From IMG/VR virus record IMGVR_UViG_3300033998_000455: 64,000 nucleotides of DNA; one strand, 5' to 3'. Source of the DNA: an uncultured virus (IMG/VR IMGVR_UViG_3300033998_000455) (Duplodnaviria > Heunggongvirae > Uroviricota > Caudoviricetes). The position numbers and the translations under genes were made by a program. Shown piece after piece: positions 1 through 8,109 of this stretch; within the stretch, counting starts at the first letter, position 1, and every line of letters begins with the position of its first letter. Under the pieces are notes generated by a model, which worked only from the letters and a program-made list of their open reading frames with translations, ran no database searches and had not been told where the DNA came from.

Positions 1-205
1 TTATCTCACCTCTCTTTTTAATTATGGCATGATTTTCTTCATATTTGAAGAATAACGTTCCATTTTTAAAATTATTATAACCACTTTACTTTAGTGCTAT
101 TCATCTTTTTTTAATTTTAGCACGTTATTCTTCAGAAGTAAAGAAAATCGTTCCGTTTTTAAAAAATAAACCAAATGATTATTTGCTTTTTTTACCATAA
201 AAAAT

Positions 206-254
206 AAACCCACCAAGTTGCTTGATAATTACAATCGAGCTACTCAGTGAGTTT
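206..254 (-). terminator. Long imperfect hairpin followed by a T-run, downstream of the 1107-aa recombinase
   Basis: aaacccaccaagttgcttgat (206-226) pairs imperfectly with atcgagctactcagtgagttt (234-254); adjacent A-run on the + strand. Confidence 0.55.
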
Positions 255-259
255 CATTT

Positions 260-3200
260 TTACTTTCTTACTTGCCTTGAGATTCCAAAAATCAAATTGA
301 AGTTGATGATGTTATTAGGGTGAACAATCCCATTTTCAATGACTCTTTTAAAGATGTCGCCGCGATAGGAAGTGGACTTGATATCACCAAGATTCTCTAA
401 TTCATTTAAAAACCAGTTTTTCTCGCTCACAAGAAATTTGTATTCATCTTCCTTATCTACTAACCTATTTATTTTCTCTTGTGTTTCCATTATTGAATCC
501 GTATATCTCTTAATCTCAGTGGTATCCTCTCCTTTTTTCCCACCCTCTTCTACTACTTTGTACAACTCCAGATATTTCTTTTGGTTTTCTTCTTCTAAGA
601 AGACCAATAGTTGTTTTTCTTCTTCAGATATTTTCTTCATTCCAATATGCTCGTTTAAGAGGGCCTCAAAAGACTGGTCATTTTTAAGACCAAATAGCAA
701 ATCCATGAATAGCGACATGATATCTTCTTCCTCAATTTTCAGTGTATCACAAGATACTAACGGGTTTTTCTTCAGTGCTGCCTTACATCGCCAGTGATGT
801 TTAGTGCTCACTTTATTTTTCACGGCTACATGAAAATACACACTCCCACATTCTGAACAGATAAAACTAGAAAAGAACTCTCGCTTATCATGCAGTCCAT
901 TCGTTTTATCACTTTTCTTAGGTCTTCTTTTAGCTAATTCATTTTGGGCTCTTTCCCATGTAATCCTGTCTATGATTGCAGGATGATGATCTTCAATCAA
1001 AACCTGTGAAGCATCTCCAAAATTCAACTTTGATCTACTGGTAAATGTATCTTTTGTATATCGCTTTTGATAAAGAAGATCCCCAGTATAGGTTGGATTA
1101 TTTAAGATAGTGCTTATAGTTTTACTGTTCCATGAGGATTTCTTTTTCATTGTGGGGATCCCTTCATGGGTTAAATCTCTACTTATCTGAGCTCCGTTAA
1201 CTCCTGCGATACATCTTTCAAATATTGACCTTACTACGTTTGCTTCTTCTTCAACAATATACCAACTTCGATCTTTATTAAAATTATAACCGTATGTTCT
1301 CATGCTATGTCCAACGACACCACGTTTTGCATATGCCTTTTTCCCCCATGATATGCTTTCTCCTAAGCTTCTTGATTCTTCTTGGGCAAGGGCACAATAT
1401 ACAGTTAATAATACCTCCCCATCTTCATTGGCAGTATCTATCTCTTCTTTCTCAAAATAAATGGAAACATTATATTCTTTGAGCTTTCTGACATACTCAA
1501 GGGCATCAACAGTATTTCTTGCAAATCTTGAAATAGACTTTGTAATGATCCGGTCAATTTTACCATTCTCGCAATCTTTAATCATCTTCTGAAATCCTGA
1601 TCTCTTTTTTGCATTAGTCCCTGATACTCCTTTATCAGCATAGATTCTAACTAACTGGTTATTAGGATCTTTTAGAACTGAAAATGTATAGTAAGCAACC
1701 TGCGCTTCTAGTGATCCAATCTGATCAGGTTCTCTCGTGCTAACTCTTGCATACACACCAATCTTAATCTTCTTCTTTTTCTTAACAGGTTCTATTTTGA
1801 AGATGCCCGATGGGCTGTCTTTATACTTCTTTTTAATCTGTTGTATTAGTTCAAGTCTTTGATTATTTTGAGCCTTTAAAACTTCCACCTCATCGTTCCT
1901 CCTCTCTGGTTGATAACATATTGTATTCTCGCTTTTTCCCGATTTAACGGGGATTATTTTATTTTCTTGTTCTATCTCTATCCCTGATTTTTTCTTTTTG
2001 TAGTTGCTGGGTTCTATGCATTTCTTGTGGTGGAGTTGAATAAAGTCTCCAAATTCAGTAACCGAATTATCTAGCCAGAGGACTTGAAAATCTTTTTCTG
2101 TCAGTATCGATATACTCATAACAAAGGCTCGTAACATCGAAATGTCGGCCATTTCAATAAAGTCTTTTAGAAATTTTATGCCTTGCAATTTTTCTAAAGT
2201 TTCCATCCTAAAAGCTCGATCTTCTTCTATCTTAGAGGCCAAGTCTTCAAAGTCTACAATGTTCTTTTCAAGTTCTATTATTTTCTTATTCATAACTTCC
2301 TGGTTGCTTTCATCAGCTAGAGTCAACTCCTCTTTTGCCAAAATCAATCTCATCAGGTGACTCATTCTGTGTAGTTCGAATCTATCATTTTGGTTCACCT
2401 TCTCAATGTCATCCCTCATTCGCTTCAAAGCACCTGGCTGGTCAAAAGAATATCGATACTTCATGGCGCTCATCATCATTTCGATTAACTTTGACTCGCT
2501 CAATGGTGATGAACTACAGTAACTAGAATGTTTATCCTTTCGTCCGCATTTCCATTTATGAACTTTCCTCTCTTTTCTATGTTGATAATTCGACCCACAA
2601 TAAGCGCAGGTGATTCTTTTTGTTAGTGGGTAAACCTTATTCGGACTTTTTCTATTTTTCTTTTTTGCATCAATAATGGACTGTACTTCGTTAAATGTCT
2701 CCTCATCAATGATAGCTGGATGTGTGTTCATTATATAGTAACGATTTTCTTGACCTTCATTTATTACAGTTCTGCTCTCTAAAAATATGTTGGTAACCTT
2801 ATTTGTAAACCTATTACCCGTAAAATTATGATTCGTGAGCAAGTGCTTTACACTCGTGCAATCCCAAACATCTCTCCCTAACGGTCTCTTAATACCTTTT
2901 TCTGTAAGCATTAATGCAATTTGATAGGTAGAAGTGCCCTCCAGAAATAGTCTAAAAATTCTCATGATCACTTCCGCTTCTTCTTCAACTATTCTAAAGG
3001 TCTTCTCTCCATCAATTTCAACAACCCTGTAGCCATATTGATTCAGAAAAACAGGTCTTCCCATTTTATTTCTTTTCTCAACACCCCATTTAATTTGTTC
3101 GGAAATCGTCAAGGCTTCTTGCTGAGAAACTGCTGCCAAAGCTGTTAGAAAGAATTTATTACGCGTTTTTAATGAATCGATTTTTTCTTTCTCAAATATT

Positions 3201-3583
3201 ACAGCTACATTGTTTTCTTTCAATAGTTCTACGGTTTCTAGTAGCTCTTTTGCATTTCTGGAGAATCTTGAAATACTCTTCGTAAGCACTACATCTATCC
3301 GTTGTTCCAAGCAATGCCTTATGAGCCTTTTAAGACCTGGTCGTTTATCTATCGTTAATCCTGAAATGCCACTATCATAATATATACCGACTAACTTATA
3401 TTCAGGGTTCTTCAGAATATAAGTTGAGTAGTAATCCATCTGATTCTGTAAAGAACTTAATTTAGTATCATCAGCAATATGGCTAATACGACAATAAGCT
3501 GCAACTCTTATCTTGCCACCATTTTGTTTAACTGGCTCTTCCTTCGCTGAAGGCCACAGCACTTCAACCGATTTTCTTGCCAC
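260..3583 (-). CDS. Double-headed large serine recombinase (two resolvase + recombinase + Zn-ribbon units fused), 1107 aa
   Basis: Two catalytic motifs (AAYCRIS and GVYARVS), two TKSISRF(S/A)RN motifs, two HPAII motifs and two CxxCG Zn ribbons. Confidence 0.92.
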   Translation of the reverse strand: MARKSVEVLWPSAKEEPVKQNGGKIRVAAYCRISHIADDTKLSSLQNQMDYYSTYILKNPEYKLVGIYYDSGISGLTIDKRPGLKRLIRHCLEQRIDVVLTKSISRFSRNAKELLETVELLKENNVAVIFEKEKIDSLKTRNKFFLTALAAVSQQEALTISEQIKWGVEKRNKMGRPVFLNQYGYRVVEIDGEKTFRIVEEEAEVIMRIFRLFLEGTSTYQIALMLTEKGIKRPLGRDVWDCTSVKHLLTNHNFTGNRFTNKVTNIFLESRTVINEGQENRYYIMNTHPAIIDEETFNEVQSIIDAKKKNRKSPNKVYPLTKRITCAYCGSNYQHRKERKVHKWKCGRKDKHSSYCSSSPLSESKLIEMMMSAMKYRYSFDQPGALKRMRDDIEKVNQNDRFELHRMSHLMRLILAKEELTLADESNQEVMNKKIIELEKNIVDFEDLASKIEEDRAFRMETLEKLQGIKFLKDFIEMADISMLRAFVMSISILTEKDFQVLWLDNSVTEFGDFIQLHHKKCIEPSNYKKKKSGIEIEQENKIIPVKSGKSENTICYQPERRNDEVEVLKAQNNQRLELIQQIKKKYKDSPSGIFKIEPVKKKKKIKIGVYARVSTREPDQIGSLEAQVAYYTFSVLKDPNNQLVRIYADKGVSGTNAKKRSGFQKMIKDCENGKIDRIITKSISRFARNTVDALEYVRKLKEYNVSIYFEKEEIDTANEDGEVLLTVYCALAQEESRSLGESISWGKKAYAKRGVVGHSMRTYGYNFNKDRSWYIVEEEANVVRSIFERCIAGVNGAQISRDLTHEGIPTMKKKSSWNSKTISTILNNPTYTGDLLYQKRYTKDTFTSRSKLNFGDASQVLIEDHHPAIIDRITWERAQNELAKRRPKKSDKTNGLHDKREFFSSFICSECGSVYFHVAVKNKVSTKHHWRCKAALKKNPLVSCDTLKIEEEDIMSLFMDLLFGLKNDQSFEALLNEHIGMKKISEEEKQLLVFLEEENQKKYLELYKVVEEGGKKGEDTTEIKRYTDSIMETQEKINRLVDKEDEYKFLVSEKNWFLNELENLGDIKSTSYRGDIFKRVIENGIVHPNNIINFNLIFGISRQVRK

Positions 3584-3635
3584 AATAAAAACTCCTTTCT
3601 CTAGAGCTAACCTACTAATTTGCAGGTATGTTATT

Positions 3636-3663
3636 AATGGCTCTAGTCCAGAGATAATGCAAG
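3636..3663 (-). promoter_or_regulatory. CTTG-N16-GAG promoter-like motif (divergent copy) upstream of the 1107-aa LSR
   Basis: Minus strand CTTGCATTATCTCTGGACTAGAGCCATT; same 16-nt spacing as six other copies. Confidence 0.5.
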
Positions 3664-3738
3664 TACTATCTCTGAAATGAAAGAAGTTCTGGATTCAATT
3701 GATGATATTGGGTTTCCTATTTCTTTGCCTAAATGTTA

Positions 3739-4660
3739 CTACTCAGCTTTTTTACTCCTCTGTGGTCTTCTTCTTGCGTTTACTTCATATGAAACGCCGC
3801 ATTTTAGTTGAAACTCTACTCGCCATTTATTGTAGACGATTCCCTTCTCAATGACTTTGGTTAGGATGTCCGGATCAAAGTCTTCATCAGGTCCTTTGAT
3901 TTTTCCGAGGACTTCAATTAGGATTTTCAGATTCTCTTCAAGGTATTCACTTTCCTTTTTGTTCTCACTCAGCCCATCATACTCCATTTGAAGTATCTCT
4001 TGTTCGTATATCAAGTGCCTCATAGTCGCCTCGTAAATGGTCTCATTTGACCCTGATGATCTCGTAGCCATCGCAGTAATTTTATCTGTGATCCTATCGA
4101 TTTGGGTGCCCAGCTCATTTAGCCTTCTGTCTTCTTCCTCTGTTAATGAGGCTTCTTCAATGGCCAGCTCCACATCTTCAATCAGTTTAGCCTCATCCCT
4201 TTTTATGTCGAAGAGAAGCTTCATGAAGGCCCGCTCTAGTTCTTCCTCCCAGACATAACTGCATTTGCAGTCTTTAAAATTTGGATCTCTTTTGGAAGCA
4301 ACTCTACAGTGCCAAGCCGTGAACTTCACAGGTGCTCTATCCTCTCCACAGTGAGTGGTGAGCCGTCTTCTGGTGACTGGTCTTCCACACTCTCCGCAAA
4401 AGAGTTTATTTGAAAAAGGCGCTGCCCCGCTATAAGCCATGTTGTATTTATTGTCTGGATCCCTAAACATCTTACTACGTCTATTCAGCTCTTCTTGTAC
4501 CTTTTCCCAATCTTCCTCGTTAATGATCGCTGGATGGTGATTTCTAATATAGTACTGCGGCTGATGCTCTTTATTTCTCACTCGCTCATGGGTCAGAAAA
4601 TCTACCGTCACGGTCTTTTGTGCTAGACAATCACCTTTGTATTTTTCATTCGAAGTGATA
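3739..4660 (-). pseudogene. 5'-truncated large serine recombinase (C-terminal recombinase/Zn-ribbon/coiled-coil part; catalytic domain missing)
   Basis: From SNEKYKGDCLAQKTVTVDFL onward it closely parallels the 555-aa LSR at 12208-13875. Upstream sequence is AT-rich non-coding, and the called start (4683) is not homologous. Confidence 0.85.
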
Positions 4661-4730
4661 CGAGATGGATAAAAACACAACATATTGTGCTTTAAAATGT
4701 ATTTAAGTTACAATAAATACAATATGTAAT
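4645..4730. other. Putative att junction (prophage end)
   Basis: Abrupt switch from recombinase coding sequence to non-coding DNA; adjacent inverted repeat acatattgt (4680-4688) / acaatatgt (4719-4727). Confidence 0.5.
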
Positions 4731-4999
4731 TTTTTCGGTATCTGTAAGGATAAAAAAAAGCCCATTTCAGTTAAGAAATGAGCTCTCTTGAAAAATTCCT
4801 TCTATTATATTGTTACTCAGTTGATTAGTTAAAAAGTTCGAGAATCTATTCTAGTAATTTCCATTTTTGATGATACTCAAAAAATCGAGCCTTCAAATTG
4901 GCCTGTGTCGGATTTTTATTTAGTTTAGGACCTGTTGCTTAACTTCGAGCTATATCGCCAGAAATCGAAAACCTGTCAAGTTTCCTTAGAAAAACAAAA

Positions 5000-5061
5000 A
5001 ACCACCAAGATTCGCTCTAAGTCCGGGACTGATGCCGAGCCTAGATTCTATCTTGGTGGTT
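5000..5061 (-). terminator. Hairpin downstream of the Lamassu operon
   Basis: Perfect 12-bp arms aaccaccaagat / atcttggtggtt with an adjacent A-run on the + strand. Confidence 0.6.
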
Positions 5062-5099
5062 GCAGTAAACTAAATTGATTTTCCTGAAAAAAATCAGAT

Positions 5100-6836
5100 T
5101 TAGTCTTCATTAATATCAATAGTAATGCCTAAAAGTTTTTCTGATTCATGATCATCTGTAAGAGTTAATACAATATTGTCATTTACAATTTTCTGGAAGA
5201 GTTCTGGCTCCATACACTCTTTAATTTCATTAAGCTGGTTTTGATTTACGGTAGCTATATACTGCTTTCTTGAGTCCCAAAATTCTTCAAATACAATCTT
5301 AAACAACTCGGCTTTCTGTCTTTCGTCAATACCATCAAATAATCTACTATCATGAAACAGAAAATCAATATTATGATTTTGACCTTTAAATAGTAGTGTC
5401 ATGTCATAACAAAAGATTTTAACATTATTTATTCCATCTGAGTTGTCAGACTCAATTTTTGCATCAATATTGTATCTTTGAAGATTCTCTCCGTCGTTAT
5501 TACTAACTGATAATCCTGCAACAGCATTTGGATAAAATCGCTTTGCTAAACCTCTAAAATAATCTCTTAACACATTAATTTCAGCCTCAATTTCAGCAAG
5601 AAAATTCTCTGCTGTTTCTGATTGTTCAAGTTGAATTTTCTCTGCATCACGTAGCTTTTCTTTATACTCTGATTGAAGGGATTGATATTTCTTTAAGCTT
5701 TCTAGTTTTGTCTTCAAATGAGCACTCTTATCACTAAGTGATAAAAATACATCAAGGGCTTGATGGTCTCCAAGATACTTCATTAAACGATCAAGTTCAC
5801 TTTTTAATCTATTTGCTACCTCAGATTTAGCTGCAATCTCTGATTCAAATTTATTTTTTTGTTCAAGAAGTCTTTTCTTCCTGTTTGTAACTAACTTCTC
5901 ATAGAATCTTTCTAAGTCGTTAAGAGTCTTTTTTAGATTTTCAGTAAAATGCACGTTCGCTTCTTCATATACTTTTGCAATATCATCCTGATTAGTCTTT
6001 GTTTCCATATTCAAACTCTTATTTACAGACTCAATATTGTTTTGAATCAGAATTATTTTATTATTTAGCGCAAATAATTCATTCTCTATCCTATCTGCTT
6101 CTTTTTGCACATCCCGGTAGTCTTCCGCAACCTTAAAGTTGCTAAGATTTCTTTCCAATTTCTCGATTTGTTCTTCCAAATCAACAATAGTCAATGCAAC
6201 ATCTTTATTACCCGTAAAGAAATCTCTTAGCAATTCATCATTTTTGAAATTGCCTTCTAAAGTTTTAATTCTATCTTGTTCTTTTCTGATGTTATATTTT
6301 TTCTGAGCTAGAAAAACATCAAGACCTAAAAGAAATGCATTATATAGCATTGTCTGATACTGATTATAGCTACCTGAAGCGCCGTTAAAATCGACGTACC
6401 ACTTTTTATTTGGTCTTATGAAAAACGGGAATAGGGATCTAAAGCTTAAATGTGAGATATCATCTGGTATATTAAAACATATAGACTCCATTTTAGAATT
6501 AAATTTTGCTAGTGTTAGTTCTTCATCATTCAGTACGATCCTATTTGGGTTTTCTGTCGTTCTCTTCGATGTATATTCTATTCCCCCGATAGAAAAATCC
6601 AAATAAAACTCCCAACCAGGGAGCTTGTTACAAAAGGATGTGTAATTTTTCTTTTTCGATCCCATGCAAAAATGGATTATATTGACCAATAGAGATTTTC
6701 CTACACCATTATAAGTTTTCCCATTATTTTTATTATCAGGATTTTTCTGTTTGGCAACAATGAAACTTAATCCTGTTTTATTAAATTCTACAGTTCTAAA
6801 GCTAGATTTATTGGCATAAACCTTTTTTAATTGCAT
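5100..6836 (-). CDS. lmuB: Lamassu / ABC-three-component SMC-like ABC ATPase (DUF2326-type, LmuB-like)
   Basis: Walker A NGVGKS, long coiled coil, SDG signature and FLFHDS Walker B variant; third gene of a three-gene operon. Confidence 0.8.
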   Translation of the reverse strand: MQLKKVYANKSSFRTVEFNKTGLSFIVAKQKNPDNKNNGKTYNGVGKSLLVNIIHFCMGSKKKNYTSFCNKLPGWEFYLDFSIGGIEYTSKRTTENPNRIVLNDEELTLAKFNSKMESICFNIPDDISHLSFRSLFPFFIRPNKKWYVDFNGASGSYNQYQTMLYNAFLLGLDVFLAQKKYNIRKEQDRIKTLEGNFKNDELLRDFFTGNKDVALTIVDLEEQIEKLERNLSNFKVAEDYRDVQKEADRIENELFALNNKIILIQNNIESVNKSLNMETKTNQDDIAKVYEEANVHFTENLKKTLNDLERFYEKLVTNRKKRLLEQKNKFESEIAAKSEVANRLKSELDRLMKYLGDHQALDVFLSLSDKSAHLKTKLESLKKYQSLQSEYKEKLRDAEKIQLEQSETAENFLAEIEAEINVLRDYFRGLAKRFYPNAVAGLSVSNNDGENLQRYNIDAKIESDNSDGINNVKIFCYDMTLLFKGQNHNIDFLFHDSRLFDGIDERQKAELFKIVFEEFWDSRKQYIATVNQNQLNEIKECMEPELFQKIVNDNIVLTLTDDHESEKLLGITIDINED

Positions 6837-7069
6837 CTTATAACACCCCCATCTTTTTCTTCAACTACTCCAATAGAGTGAAGAAATACAAGAGTGAGTA
6901 ACAAATTGTCAAAACTATGTTTTGCAGAAAATTGATTCTTAGATAAATCATTTTGATATTCGTTCCATAAAGAATCTATAGTTTTTATGGAATCAATTTT
7001 CCCTAATAAATATGCGCCAAAACCTAACAAGGATTCTGAAAAATGGGTATGTTTAGTTGGTATTATCAT
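6827..7069 (-). CDS. lmuC: ABC-three-component middle component (LmuC-like), 80 aa
   Basis: MIIPTKH...SLLGFG...LLLTLVFLHSIG pattern; overlaps both neighbouring genes. Confidence 0.72.
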   Translation of the reverse strand: MIIPTKHTHFSESLLGFGAYLLGKIDSIKTIDSLWNEYQNDLSKNQFSAKHSFDNLLLTLVFLHSIGVVEEKDGGVIRCN

Positions 7070-7977
7070 TCTTCTCCCTCCTTAATAGGTTCTTCAAAAA
7101 TATCACAAGTTTCAAAATACTTAGACATTATAATTATGACTGTTGTCTGATATATTTGTTGCACTTTGGGACTTAAACGATTAACAATATTCCAAAACAG
7201 CTCATCTGCGACGTATCTTTCTTTTTCTTGATGGTAAATCTCACTTAATTTATCCCTTAGAGAATCTGCAACAAAATTACTATTGTTTGATAGAAATTCC
7301 TCTAAATATACTACCTTTAAAAGACCGTTATATAAATACTCAGCGGTAACATCTGACAACCCATTAAATTGAATCTTTTCATCCAGATCAGGAAGCGTAA
7401 TGCTATACTCTTTATTATTATCTATAGGTAACTCCATAATGTAAGAAATTACTTCATTTAGTATAGAAAAATCTACGTTCTTTAAGTTATTTGGATCTGG
7501 TAGATATCCGATAATAGAAAAAATTTGGTCATCTTCTAAGGAAAATATTGTGTTTTCTAGATCTTTGGCAGTTAGTATCTTAGCATCCCTTAAGTTATGT
7601 GTTTCTTTTAAGCCCTGAATAATCTGCTCACAGTCAGCATTAACACCGTTGTATTTATCGTTTACAACAAAATAAAAATTATCAACTGGAGACCATTGTT
7701 CAATCAATCCCGAAAAATCTCTATTAATTTTCTTAACAAGCTCCACATAAGACTTAGTAATCTCTTCTGGAGCATATACTTGGAAATATGTACCTTCACT
7801 CTTTATATACCCATCATTTTTCCGGTCTCCAATATTTCCCCAAGGTTTTATTGCTTGGAATCCAGGATGCGCATAATACATTGTTTGAGTAAAGATATCT
7901 TCAAATGCTTGCCCATTTGCTTTAAATATTTTGTTTTGAAATTGCAATCTTGCAATACTACGCTCTTGAGCATTCAT
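7066..7977 (-). CDS. lmuA: Lamassu/ABC-3C effector: N-terminal PD-(D/E)xK-like nuclease plus conserved C-terminal domain (LmuA-like)
   Basis: FE...GDRKNDG...FQVYAP nuclease-like core; C-terminal YFETCDIFE. Start moved to MNAQ (7977), which follows a GGGAGG RBS. Confidence 0.75.
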   Translation of the reverse strand: MNAQERSIARLQFQNKIFKANGQAFEDIFTQTMYYAHPGFQAIKPWGNIGDRKNDGYIKSEGTYFQVYAPEEITKSYVELVKKINRDFSGLIEQWSPVDNFYFVVNDKYNGVNADCEQIIQGLKETHNLRDAKILTAKDLENTIFSLEDDQIFSIIGYLPDPNNLKNVDFSILNEVISYIMELPIDNNKEYSITLPDLDEKIQFNGLSDVTAEYLYNGLLKVVYLEEFLSNNSNFVADSLRDKLSEIYHQEKERYVADELFWNIVNRLSPKVQQIYQTTVIIIMSKYFETCDIFEEPIKEGEE

Positions 7978-8060
7978 CAAGTCAATCCTCCCCAAAAAAT
8001 TCTTATCATTACCATTATAGAACAAATCTATTTGTTTGTAACCCATTTTCTAAATTAATT

Positions 8061-8089
8061 ATTATACCACTTTGTTTCACTCCTTGCAA
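8061..8089 (-). promoter_or_regulatory. Sigma-A promoter of the Lamassu operon
   Basis: TTGCAA-17 nt-TATAAT on the minus strand. Confidence 0.7.
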
Positions 8090-8109
8090 CTCTCTAATTA
8101 ACTATAATA

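Larger units (their letters stand above)
206..4660 (-). mobile_element. Terminal recombinase cassette of a second, related integrative element (resident element, disrupted)
   Basis: 5'-truncated LSR-B paralogue, then the shared promoter motif, a double-headed LSR and a terminal hairpin; same order as in 8110-13875. Confidence 0.65.

Noticed and set aside
4661..4683. Called start MLCFYPSR of the 314-aa ORF as a real N-terminus
   Set aside because: No RBS and no homology to the LSR-B paralogue; read-through from flanking non-coding DNA.
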